From the NCBI GenBank assembly GCA_963716725.1, contig CAVQUB010000004.1, positions 32,001 to 96,000 on the forward strand: DNA of 64,000 nucleotides. The letters are read 5' to 3'. The notes beneath the pieces are model-generated. The model had not been told where the DNA came from, did no database searches, and worked only from the letters and a program-made list of their open reading frames with translations. How positions within the stretch are numbered: position 1 is the first letter of the stretch; each line of letters starts with the position of its first letter. Positions 29,452 to 38,428 of the stretch are shown here, one piece after another. The position numbers and the translations under genes are program-made. This DNA comes from an uncultured delta proteobacterium (GTDB lineage Bacteria; Myxococcota_A; Polyangia; Polyangiales; Polyangiaceae).

Positions 29452-30574
29452 TTAGGGCTCGAGCCCCGCGCGCTCGCGCAGGGCGCGGACGACGGCCAGT
29501 GCGTTGCCCAAGCGGTCCGCGGCGCGCCCGCGCACTTCGACCGCCGGCCGAGTGAGCCCCGCGCGCACGATCACCGACTCGAGGGTGCCCGGGGCGCGTT
29601 CGAAGGCGTTCGACCACAGCGACTTGAGACTGAGCCCTGCTGCTTCGAGCCCGGCCGCCGCCATCAGGTCGAGGGTGCTCTGGTTCCAAGCCAGAGATCA
29701 GGTCGCGAGGTCGCCGAAACTGGAGAAAAGCGCTGCGAACATCCCGCAGCGAGCTTGCCGTGGACCAATCGGCGTCCGCGAGTTGCATGTAGTGCCGTCC
29801 CGCTGGAATTGGTCCCGCGACGACGCGGTCGAAGGGCTCACCGCCCGCAGGCCGGGCAGCGGTGAGCTGCACCAACGATCGGCCGGGCGGATCTGGCGCC
29901 GACTCGGCGTACACGATCACGAGATCGTTCCAGCGCTCGGCGATGGCACGGGCCACGCCCCGAGCCGAACCCGCCAGCCTTCGCTTGGCGCGGCGGGGAC
30001 CTGGCCGCTCGCGGACGTAGCGCACCTGATCGTCGATCATCGAATCGAAGGCAGCGAGCAGTTCATCGAGGCCTTGGGTCTCTGGCTCGAGAACACGCAG
30101 TGCCGCGACCACGGCCTCGACGGTGGAGACACACTCGATCCTCGGCTCGCGTCGGATGCGGTAACGACTCGGTTCGATGGCGCCGAGCGTCACCCGGGGG
30201 ATGCCTCGAAGCCAGCCGAGCTCCCGCCACAGCGTGTGGGCGTGGTGCCAGGTCCCGTCGAGCACGATGAGTTGGTCGGGGCGCTCGCTGGGCGCCAGGG
30301 TCTCGAGTGGGCGCGCGTCGGCTCCGGGATACAAGAGCGCCGTGCCGGGGTTCACGCCGGGCAGTTCGCGCCGCGGACCCTTCAATGAGATCACGTCGAG
30401 CCTGGTGCGAGCCAATCCGAGCGCGAGCAGTCGTGCAGTGCCGATGGCGTGCCGCCGCTCCCGCGGGTGCTGGAGTAGCCACACCGTGGTCGTATTGTCG
30501 ACGCGTGGCACCCGCGCACAGACACACGTGACCGTGGGCTTCATGCACGAGTAGCAGAAGGACCTGCCGGTCAT
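29452..30574 (-). CDS. DTW-domain protein (TapT-like acp3U transferase) with C-terminal extension; frameshift near 29693
   Basis: CYSC...CVC, LLQHPRE, LLYPG, VLDGTW, YRIRREP, STVEAV. The C-terminus continues in ORF 29452-29664 after removing one base. Confidence 0.82.
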
Positions 30575-32145
30575 TTCGGTTTGGGCAAGGTCTTGCGCTT
30601 CTCTTCGCCCTTGGTGCCGCTGGCTGTCGGAGCTGGGGGCGGCTGAGCGGACGGCGTGGGCGCGGGGGCAGTCGTGCCAGTGGCGGCCGGCGTGGTGGGG
30701 GTTCTGGGCGGGGGGCGCGCGGCCGAAGCGGGCGTTGCCTCGGCACTGCGGCCGGCGGAGGCCACGGGCAAGGCGGCCTTGGGCGTGAGCCCGGCGCTGG
30801 GTTGGGTCGGGCGTTGGGGCCGCGGGCTGGCGTCCTTGGCCGCGACGCCCGGATCGGTCGCGTCGGCGCCGAGCAGGTCGGTGGGCGCTGATTCCGGCGA
30901 GCCACCGCTGGCAGCGGGAGCCACGCCCGGGGTGGTCGCGCCGGAGGTCGCCGCATCCGGCGACTCCCACGGGCGCCACGCGAATGCGGCGATTGCCGCC
31001 GTGCCGATCCCGACGGAACCCACGAGGCCGATCATGCCGAGGGCCAAGAGCGCTGGTCTTTGCCTTGGCGGCGCCGGAGCAGGGGGCGCGGGGCTTCCGG
31101 GGAAAGCAGCCACGATCGGGCGGGTGACCGCGAAGGAATTCGGTGACTGCGACAGGGGGGCCTCCGCGGAGACGAGCGTGGCGACGGTCGCGGCGTCGCG
31201 AACCGAGTGCGGTCCGGCCGCGGCTTCGATTCGAGTGGCTTCGTCGGCTTTGTCCTGAAGCGCCGCGGCGTAGCTCGGGATCGCGCCTGAGAGAACCGCC
31301 TGCACGTCCCGCCGCATGGTCTCGGCGTCGGGATACCGAGCCTCTTGGGAGAAGGCGAGCGCCCGATCGACGATGGCGCAGACGGCCGGCAGTACGCCGG
31401 GGGACACCGCAGCGAGGCGCGGAGCGGGCTTGGTCGCCATCGCGACGAGCAGCTCGGCTTCGCTGGGCTCTTCGTGGATGCGACGGCCCGCCAGCGCGCG
31501 AAACATCAGCGCGCCGAGGGCGAACAAGTCGGTGCGGCCATCGACCTTTCCCCGCCGACCCAGCGCCTGCTCCGGGGCCATGTAGGGGATGGTGCCCAGC
31601 GCCAGGCCCGTGCGGGTCTTGAACTCCGAGGGCACGTCGTCGATGACCCGTGCGATCCCGAAGTCCAGGATCTTGAGCCGGCCGTCGTTCATCACGAACA
31701 CGTTGTCGGGCTTGATGTCGCGGTGCACCACGCCGGCGGCGTGGGCAGCGCCCAGCGCGTCGAGGATCTGATCGGTGAAGGACAGCAAGTCGCGAACCGT
31801 GAAGCGATCGGCGTGCTGCATGCGGGCAGAGAGCGGCTCGCCTTCGAGCAGTTCGATGACCAGAAACACATCTGCACCGTCGGTGTGGTCGAGTACCCGC
31901 ACGATGCCGGGATGCCCAATGCGATTGGCGACGTAGGCCTCCCGCAAGAACCGCTCTTTGAGATCGCGGCGCCGTGCCATCTCGGGGTGCAGCAGCTTGA
32001 TGGCCACCCGCCGTCCGCTGGTATCGGTGGCCTCGTAGACCGAGGCCATGCCGCCGCTCCCGAGCCAGCGCGCGAGCTTCCAGTCCGCGCCGACGGTCTC
32101 GCCGCTCCGATCTCCGGCGGTTTCGGTCGGGGGCGTCGGAGGCAT
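30571..32145 (-). CDS. Membrane Ser/Thr protein kinase (Hanks type)
   Basis: LGSGGMASVY, VAIKLL, HRDIKPDN, DFGIA, GTIPYMAPEQ, then a TM helix and a Pro/Ala-rich tail. Confidence 0.95.
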   Translation of the reverse strand: MPPTPPTETAGDRSGETVGADWKLARWLGSGGMASVYEATDTSGRRVAIKLLHPEMARRRDLKERFLREAYVANRIGHPGIVRVLDHTDGADVFLVIELLEGEPLSARMQHADRFTVRDLLSFTDQILDALGAAHAAGVVHRDIKPDNVFVMNDGRLKILDFGIARVIDDVPSEFKTRTGLALGTIPYMAPEQALGRRGKVDGRTDLFALGALMFRALAGRRIHEEPSEAELLVAMATKPAPRLAAVSPGVLPAVCAIVDRALAFSQEARYPDAETMRRDVQAVLSGAIPSYAAALQDKADEATRIEAAAGPHSVRDAATVATLVSAEAPLSQSPNSFAVTRPIVAAFPGSPAPPAPAPPRQRPALLALGMIGLVGSVGIGTAAIAAFAWRPWESPDAATSGATTPGVAPAASGGSPESAPTDLLGADATDPGVAAKDASPRPQRPTQPSAGLTPKAALPVASAGRSAEATPASAARPPPRTPTTPAATGTTAPAPTPSAQPPPAPTASGTKGEEKRKTLPKPK

Positions 32146-32239
32146 CGCGGCGCCGCTAGCCTAGCGCCGATCTGCCCGGCATTTCCCGCGCCAATCAGCG
32201 GGGCAGCGCCCGGGCCGGAAATCACAGTAGGATTCGCCC

Positions 32240-32641
32240 ATGACTCCCAGCGAGAAGAGCATCGTCAAGTCCCTGGTCGCGGTCGCGTGGGCCGACGGAA
32301 AAGTGGAGCAACCCGAGTCACACGTGATCGAGGGGTTGCTCGCGGGCTTCGACGCCAGCGACGAAGAAGAGAAGGAGATCCTGGAATACGCCAAGGAGAA
32401 GCGCACGCTCGACAAGGACGTGCCCTTCGCCAGCTTCGGCAGCGAAGAGCGCGAGTTGTTGCTCGCCAACGCAGCGCTCCTGACCCACGCGGACGGCGAG
32501 CAGAGCGAGAGCGAGAAAGAGCTCTTGGACAAGCTGATCGATCTGCTGGGATTCAGCGAAGACGAAGCGAGCTCGATCTTGGACTCGGTCAAGGACGGGG
32601 CGTTGCGCTTGGGGAGCGACATCCTCGAAGAAGTGAAGTGA
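32240..32641 (+). CDS. TerB-family protein
   Basis: VAVAWADGKVEQPE and LTHADGEQSESE paired motifs. Confidence 0.8.
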   Translation: MTPSEKSIVKSLVAVAWADGKVEQPESHVIEGLLAGFDASDEEEKEILEYAKEKRTLDKDVPFASFGSEERELLLANAALLTHADGEQSESEKELLDKLIDLLGFSEDEASSILDSVKDGALRLGSDILEEVK

Positions 32642-32645
32642 GCGG

Positions 32646-33098
32646 ATGCTCGACAAGAACGAACGCCAGTTCTTCGCGCAGGAACACGCGGCGAGCGTGA
32701 TCCAGACCATCACCGGGACCTTGCATTCGATGGGCATCCCGCTGGCGCAGACCGGGCCCAATCAATGGTCCGGCCGCGGGCAGGTCGCCAGTCACGGCAT
32801 CGCCCCGAAGGTGCTGGTGTCGATGATGCCGGTGCAAAATGGCTTCTTCTTGGATGTGCGGGCCGTCGCCGACATCGAGTCGAACTCGGTGATCCTCTTG
32901 GTCGTGCTGTGGCTGGTGTTCTTCCCCATCGCCATCATCCTGGCGTACAACGCCTATCAGGACTGGGAGCGACGCCAGGTCCAGTTCTTCCAGGCGGTGT
33001 GGGCCCCGCTCGGCAACCGCATCGCGCAGCCGCCTGGCCCGCAGTTCGGGCCGCCCGGCTACGGCGGGCCACCTGGCTACGGCGCGGGCGGGCAGTGA
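32646..33098 (+). CDS. Hypothetical membrane protein
   Basis: 150 aa, one hydrophobic segment and a PPGYG tail; translationally coupled to the next gene (TGATG). Confidence 0.7.
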   Translation: MLDKNERQFFAQEHAASVIQTITGTLHSMGIPLAQTGPNQWSGRGQVASHGIAPKVLVSMMPVQNGFFLDVRAVADIESNSVILLVVLWLVFFPIAIILAYNAYQDWERRQVQFFQAVWAPLGNRIAQPPGPQFGPPGYGGPPGYGAGGQ

Positions 33099-33895
33099 TG
33101 AGCGTCTTCGCCCGAGATTTGCTGCGAGAACAGGTCGCGTTCATCACCGGAGGCGGCAGCGGCATCGGCGCCGGCATCGCGCTCAGATTTGCCGAGCAAG
33201 GCGCAAAGGTCGCACTGCTCGGCCGCAAGATCGAGAAGCTCGAGGCGACCGCGCGCCAGATCACCGAGCGCGGCGGCGAAGCCCTCGCTGTGGCCGCCGA
33301 CGTGCGTGACTACGCCGCGGTCGAAGCCGCGGTCGGCGAGGTCATTGGCAAGTTCGGGCGGCTCGACATCCTGATCAACTCGGCGGCCGGCAACTTCCTC
33401 TCGCCAGCAGCTACGCTCTCGGCCAACGGCTTCCGCACCGTCATCGACATCGACCTGGTCGGCAGCTTCAACGCGGCTCGAGCCTGCTTCGAGGCGCTCT
33501 CGGCCCGGGGCGGCAGCATCGTCAGCATCACGGCGACCCAGGCTTGGGTGCCGACGCCGCTGCAGTGCCACGCCGGCGCCGCCAAGGCCGGCATCGCGAA
33601 GCTGACGCAAGATCTGGCTCTGGAGTGGGGCTCGAGCAAGATCCGCGTGAACGCAGTGGCGCCGGGGCCCGTCGCCGACACCGAAGGCATGAAGCGCCTA
33701 GCGCCGGGCGAGAGCGAAGCGCGCGAGCGACTCGAGCGCAGCATGCCCATTGGCCGCTGGGGCAAGGTCGCAGAGATCGCCGACGCGGTGCTGTTCTTGG
33801 TCTCGCCCGCGGCGGGCTTCATCACGGGCACCACCCTGGTGGTGGACGGCGGCCAGTCGCTGGTGGGCGCGGGGAATCTGTTCTCGATGGGTTGA
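33098..33895 (+). CDS. SDR oxidoreductase, 2,4-dienoyl-CoA reductase (DECR-like)
   Basis: TGGGSGIG, NSAAGNF..PA..LSANGFRTVIDIDL.G, HAGAAKAG, LALEWG. Confidence 0.88.
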   Translation: MSVFARDLLREQVAFITGGGSGIGAGIALRFAEQGAKVALLGRKIEKLEATARQITERGGEALAVAADVRDYAAVEAAVGEVIGKFGRLDILINSAAGNFLSPAATLSANGFRTVIDIDLVGSFNAARACFEALSARGGSIVSITATQAWVPTPLQCHAGAAKAGIAKLTQDLALEWGSSKIRVNAVAPGPVADTEGMKRLAPGESEARERLERSMPIGRWGKVAEIADAVLFLVSPAAGFITGTTLVVDGGQSLVGAGNLFSMG

Positions 33896-33901
33896 GAGCG
33901 T

Positions 33902-34495
33902 TCAGCCGTTGCTTGCGCTGCCGCGCGTGGACAGCGGCGCGGGTTCGATGCCCAGACCCGAGACGCCGCCGGAGACGATGAACGCCATCACGTCGCTGCT
34001 GCTGGCGGACAGCGCTTCGATCTGGTCCCGGGGAAAGAGCAGCAAGTTGCCAGCAAAGTTGTAGGATTGTGGGAAGTAGACCGCGACGTGCTCGCGCATC
34101 TCGAGCGGCGCGAGGGACTCCCGCGTCACGAAGCCCAGGGCCTTGACCTGACTGCCGGGCAGGAGGGCGACCGCCACCGGACGGTCGAACTTCTTCTTGT
34201 CGCCGACGAAGGCGCCGACCAAGTCGCGGATGGAGGTGTAGAGCAGCTTGACCAGCGGGACCTTCGCCAACCACTTCTCGGTCTCCCGGACCACGGCCTT
34301 GCCGATCACGTTGGAGGTGAGAAACCCGACCAGGGTGATCAGCACCAGGGTGAGCACGAAACCCACGCCCGGCACTCCCATCGGCAAGATGCGATCGATG
34401 GTGGTGAAGACGAGCCACGCGATGTAGAGAGTGATGCCGACTGGAGCGAGCACCAGGCACCCACGCCAGAAGTAGCCGAGCAGGGTCTTCGTCAT
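33902..34495 (-). CDS. DUF502-domain membrane protein
   Basis: GCLVLAPVGIT, KVPLVKLLYTSIRD, LGFVT, VAVYFP, FIVSGG. Confidence 0.85.
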   Translation of the reverse strand: MTKTLLGYFWRGCLVLAPVGITLYIAWLVFTTIDRILPMGVPGVGFVLTLVLITLVGFLTSNVIGKAVVRETEKWLAKVPLVKLLYTSIRDLVGAFVGDKKKFDRPVAVALLPGSQVKALGFVTRESLAPLEMREHVAVYFPQSYNFAGNLLLFPRDQIEALSASSSDVMAFIVSGGVSGLGIEPAPLSTRGSASNG

Positions 34496-34643
34496 GGCCG
34501 ACGGGATAGCGTATTTCCTCAGCAGCGTGGGATTCGGGAGCGCGGCGTGAGGGTCGCGCTGCGCCAAAGCGCAGGCGGCGAGCGCGTGATCAATCGTCGT
34601 TTCGCCCCCGCCACCCTGGCGAACCTGGGGTTTTTCATCGGGA

Positions 34644-35789
34644 TCACTGGCGGGGCAGATCCAGTCGGATGACCCGCCGGGCGTTCTCGCCGTAGATCTT
34701 GCGCAGCACTTCTTCCGGCAGATCGATGCCGCTGATCTTCCAGTTGCCCTGGATGGGCGTGGGGTGATCGAAGTCGCGGTCGTTGGTCTCGAAGTAGCGG
34801 CGGGTCGCCGAGAAGAAGCGCTCTTCTTCCTTGGCGCCGGCGGGCGTCTTGCCCTCCGAGCCCAAGAACAAGGGCTCGGGCTCGGCGCTCACGCCCAGAT
34901 CGCTGCCGTACAGGATGCGATCTTGGAACTCGACGAAGAAGGCCCGGATCTTCTCCGGCGGATGGCGGCCGATTTCGGGGATGCGCGCCGCGGTGTCGAT
35001 GTAGAGATTTGGGTACTTGCGCAGCCAACCGGCGACGCGGTCGGGATCTTCTGCGGCGTTGCCGAAGTGCACCGAGATGAACCGTGTCTTGGGATGGCGC
35101 GCGACGCGCCGCTCGAGCTGCGCGAGGATTTGATCGAAGCTCGGAACCTCTTGGCCGTACTGTGACCAGCCCGGGTGCGCCTCGAGCTCGTCCTTGCGCT
35201 CGTTCTTGTCGTCGGTGGGGAGCCAGAACGCTCGGGGGTCACCGCTGTGAATGGCCACCGGCATCTCGAGCTCGGCCGCGGCTTCGAATACCGGGTCGAG
35301 GCCCGGATCGTCCACGGCGAGCAGCGCGCCTTCGGGCCCCGGCAGACCCAGCCCGAGCAGCTTCGCTATCTTGAGCCCGCGAGCGCCCAGGGCGTGAGCG
35401 CGACGGAGCGATGCCGCCATCCGCGCGCCGTAGTCGGGGAAGCGAGCGGCGGCGTAGTCGAGCGACGTGAAGACCGTGACCCGACCCTTGCTGGAGCGCG
35501 CGGCAGCGAGCTGTTCCGGGAGGCCGCGCTGCGGGACGCCGCCGGAGAGGTTGACGGCGTGATCGAAGCGCCAGCGTTCCATCAAGCGGCCGAGGCGGTC
35601 GACTCCGTCGGGACCGAGGTGCACGTGCACGTCGATGATGAACGGCCGCTCTGCCCGGCTCGAGCTCGGCGCCGGCGGCAATGTTGCGGAGGGCGGCGAC
35701 CGAAACGCGAACCACGATCCCACGAGGAGCGTGAGCGCGAGCAGGGCCAGGACCCTCCAGGGCCGTTTCTTCTCCGTCACGGAGGCCAT
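34644..35789 (-). CDS. Amidohydrolase_2-family metallohydrolase
   Basis: IDVHVH, GARGLK, PVAIHSGD, VHFG, NLYIDTAAR, RILYGSD, IYGENA. Confidence 0.88.
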   Translation of the reverse strand: MASVTEKKRPWRVLALLALTLLVGSWFAFRSPPSATLPPAPSSSRAERPFIIDVHVHLGPDGVDRLGRLMERWRFDHAVNLSGGVPQRGLPEQLAAARSSKGRVTVFTSLDYAAARFPDYGARMAASLRRAHALGARGLKIAKLLGLGLPGPEGALLAVDDPGLDPVFEAAAELEMPVAIHSGDPRAFWLPTDDKNERKDELEAHPGWSQYGQEVPSFDQILAQLERRVARHPKTRFISVHFGNAAEDPDRVAGWLRKYPNLYIDTAARIPEIGRHPPEKIRAFFVEFQDRILYGSDLGVSAEPEPLFLGSEGKTPAGAKEEERFFSATRRYFETNDRDFDHPTPIQGNWKISGIDLPEEVLRKIYGENARRVIRLDLPRQ

Positions 35790-35801
35790 GTTACGTCAGC
35801 G

Positions 35802-36659
35802 CTAACCGACGGCACCCAGCATGTTGGCCAAGTTCTGCAGGCGCTGAACCACGAAGCGTTCGTTGGGCCCGAGCCGGAGCGCCTCGACCAGCTCGATGTA
35901 GCGGCGCAAGAGCGAGAGATCCAAGCGCGGCGCGCGGCGCGAGACGGCGAAGAGATCGTCCACCGCCTCGAGGGGCAAGAGCCTGCCTTGGGCCGAGAAC
36001 AAGCGCAGGGGATACTCGATCCACTGGCTCTTGCCGGTCGCTCGCGCGAGCTTGAGCGCGGCCGTGGCGGCCGCCTCGGCGACCCCCGGCTGGACCTCGC
36101 GCCCATGCTGCGCCTCTTCGAGCACGTCGGAGAGCAGCGTGCCGATCAAGCGCTCGGCCTCGTCGGGTTTGCCCAGGGCGATGGCCTTGTCGATCACGCC
36201 GATCATGAGCCCGAAGGCTTGGGTCCGGCGGGTGGTGACGTCCGCGGGATGGTCGTCTTCGGCGTCCCGAGTCGGGACGCGTTGGGTCGGGCGCGCAGCG
36301 TCGCTGCCCTCCGCCCACTTCAGCGCGAACACCTCGTCGGAGAGGGAGATGCGCGTGCCGGGCGCCACGAGCAGCTTGCCGTGAACGACGGCGCCGTCGA
36401 CTCGCACGCCGTTCACGCTGCCCAGGTCCTCGACGAAGACCGAAGCGCCGGTCACCGTGAGCTTGGCGTGTCGACGGGAGACGCGTTCGTTGTCGATCAC
36501 GATGTCGGCGTCTTCGCCGCGTCCGATCACGTGCTGTCCCATCGCGAGGGCGATGCGCGTTGCGCCGTGCTCGAGCACGAAGCTGGCCTTTGGTCGGCTG
36601 CCGCTCTCGCGCTTGCCCGGAGCAAACGCTGGCTGCGTGCGTGCTTGTTCCCTCGCCAC
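35802..36659 (-). CDS. FHA-domain protein
   Basis: IGRGEDADIVIDNERVSRRHA...EDLGSVNG. Own GTG start preceded by a GAGGGGGG RBS-like stretch. Confidence 0.85.
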   Translation of the reverse strand: MAREQARTQPAFAPGKRESGSRPKASFVLEHGATRIALAMGQHVIGRGEDADIVIDNERVSRRHAKLTVTGASVFVEDLGSVNGVRVDGAVVHGKLLVAPGTRISLSDEVFALKWAEGSDAARPTQRVPTRDAEDDHPADVTTRRTQAFGLMIGVIDKAIALGKPDEAERLIGTLLSDVLEEAQHGREVQPGVAEAAATAALKLARATGKSQWIEYPLRLFSAQGRLLPLEAVDDLFAVSRRAPRLDLSLLRRYIELVEALRLGPNERFVVQRLQNLANMLGAVG

Positions 36660-36772
36660 TTTCCCCCCCTCGCGTCCCGCAAGCCTAGAGCAACCAGGCC
36701 TGACCGCAAGTCGCAGAAACGCCCCGGCTGCGACCGCAATGGACGCAGGCGGGGCGCCTCGGCTGGAAGGGA

Positions 36773-37101
36773 CTATTTCGAGGACTTCGGTCAGCTTCTG
36801 GAGCTTCATGGCCAGGCCCATGTCGCCCTCGATCTTCAGCTTACCCGAGAAGAAGAGCTGCTGGCCGTTGGCCCGGCCCTCGAGCATGTCGACGTAGTCG
36901 CTGGCCGCCATCTTGATGGTGCAGGCCGCGTCGCCCTCGCCCTCGGTCACGCCCGGGTTGTCCTTGAGGTTCATGACCCAGGTTCCGCCGCCATCACCGG
37001 CCAGGATGAACTTGTACACGGCGCCGATGGCGGCAGCCTTCTCCTTGTGCTCGGTGATCTCTGGAAGCGGCCTCGGTCATTTTTTCTTGGGCAGTTGCCA
37101 T
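36773..37101 (-). CDS. SCP2 sterol/lipid-binding domain protein (two single-base insertions in the assembly)
   Basis: AGGAG RBS + ATG at 37101; 'LFFSGKLKIEGDMGLAMKLQ'. The span to the TAG at 36773 is 329 bp (327+2), matching extra bases near 37060 and 36779. Confidence 0.8.
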
Positions 37102-37177
37102 GCTCGTTCTCCTGTTGGGTGTACTTCTCGTGTCGGAGCCGCGTGGCTCCAGGTGCCGGGCGAGCCGGCATGGATTT

Positions 37178-37930
37178 TCAGGGCGGATCCGGCGGGCGGC
37201 TCTTCTTGCCCACCGACTCGACGAAGCGTTCGTGGCGGCTGGTCCAGATCCAGAGCAAGAGCGAGCGAGCGCGATCGGCGTCACCCGCGCGCACGGCCTC
37301 CACCACGTGCTCGTAGCCCTCGGTGATCGAGCCCGCCGAGACCCAGAGCGTCTCGAGGTAGGGGGTGTACTTCTTGAGCAGGCCGCGCACGCTGTTGAGC
37401 AGCAGGCGCGGCACGACGTTCTGGGCGGCGCCCGCCAGGGCCCAGTTGAAGTCGAAGTCGAGCCAGAGCAGTCGCGACAGGTTCTTCTCGCTGCGCATCT
37501 CGGCCAGGATGTGATCGAGCGCGCGCAGGTCGTCATCCGTCCGGCGCTTGGCGGCGAGCTCGGCAAAGTCGGCGCTGAGGATCCGGGCGACCTCCAGCAG
37601 GTTCTTGAGCACCTCGGTGTTCACGACGCCCTGGGGCGTGACCACCAGGTACTCGATCACGTCGACGCTGGCGTGCTCGGAGTAGTCGAGCACCTCGGTG
37701 CCCACCCCAGCGCGCCGCTCGATCAGCCGCAGCTGCTGGAGCTGGTTCATCGCTTCGCGGACGGTGAAGCGGTTGACGGCCAGGTCTTCGGCGAGGCTCA
37801 GCTCAGGAGGCAGCATGTCTCCCGGCGCGTAGACACCCGACAGGATGCGGCGCTTGAGCAGCTCGGCGACCTGAGTACCGAGCTTCGGTCCCAGCGGGTC
37901 GAGCCGCTTCTTGCGCGCCGTCTCAGCCAA
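37178..37930 (-). CDS. FadR/GntR-family transcriptional regulator
   Basis: ILSGVYAPGDMLPPELSLAEDLAVNRFTVREA wHTH plus an FCD-like domain. The true ATG may be 37943 with an extra C in CCCC. Confidence 0.9.
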   Translation of the reverse strand: MAETARKKRLDPLGPKLGTQVAELLKRRILSGVYAPGDMLPPELSLAEDLAVNRFTVREAMNQLQQLRLIERRAGVGTEVLDYSEHASVDVIEYLVVTPQGVVNTEVLKNLLEVARILSADFAELAAKRRTDDDLRALDHILAEMRSEKNLSRLLWLDFDFNWALAGAAQNVVPRLLLNSVRGLLKKYTPYLETLWVSAGSITEGYEHVVEAVRAGDADRARSLLLWIWTSRHERFVESVGKKSRPPDPP

Positions 37931-37952
37931 CGCCAGGGGTCATAACGTGCGT

Positions 37953-37986
37953 AATGTTCAACATTCAACCCGAAATGTTGGACAAA
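37953..37986. promoter_or_regulatory. Tandem palindromic operator candidates
   Basis: AATGTTcAACATT (37953-37965) and AATGTTgGACAAA (37974-37986), 21 bp apart, directly upstream of the GntR gene. Confidence 0.6.
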
Positions 37987-38005
37987 TAAGCAAGCCTCCG
38001 AGATC

Positions 38006-38040
38006 AAACAAAAAAAAGCGAGGCCCCGGGGGGCCCCGCC
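38006..38040 (-). terminator. Rho-independent terminator
   Basis: Minus strand gcggggcc...ggcctcgc hairpin followed by TTTTTTTTGTTT. Confidence 0.8.
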
Positions 38041-38060
38041 CTCCACTGGACACGCCGCCT

Positions 38061-38348
38061 TCAGGGAGCCGTGCCAGCGTCCGCCGGTGCAGCCGCCTTG
38101 GGCTGGCTCAGCACCTTGCCGGGCACCGTGGCCGTCGGGGCCGCGGTCGCCGTCGCGGTCGCCGTCGCCGTCGCGGTCGCCGTCGCCGCCGGATCGGTGG
38201 TGGTGGTCGCCGTGGGGGCGGCCACGGGCGTGGCCTCGCCCGTCGCTGCCGGCGTGGAGTCCGCCGGGCGGTTTTGGACCACGCAGCCAGCGAAGATGAC
38301 AGCCAGGGTACCGAAGATCACAACACCAGAAAAAGCCTTGGAATTCAT
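38061..38348 (-). CDS. Small Thr/Ala/Pro-rich lipoprotein
   Basis: Lipobox FAGC, (AT)7 dipeptide run, terminator downstream. Confidence 0.7.
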   Translation of the reverse strand: MNSKAFSGVVIFGTLAVIFAGCVVQNRPADSTPAATGEATPVAAPTATTTTDPAATATATATATATATAAPTATVPGKVLSQPKAAAPADAGTAP

Positions 38349-38428
38349 GAAGAACCTACCTTGTTGAGCGCGCTGAGGTTACACGGATCCCCGCGGCGTC
38401 GCGAGGTTCGACGAACTTCGGCGCGATT

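Noticed and set aside
28664..30979. Apparent 771-aa DTW-SfsA fusion ORF
   Set aside because: One extra base near 29693 explains it. The DTW C-terminus continues in another frame to TAA at 29452, and sfsA has its own GTG at 29449.
35802..37019. Apparent SCP2-FHA fusion ORF
   Set aside because: An extra base just before AAA TAG (36773) explains it. The FHA gene has its own RBS and GTG at 36659.
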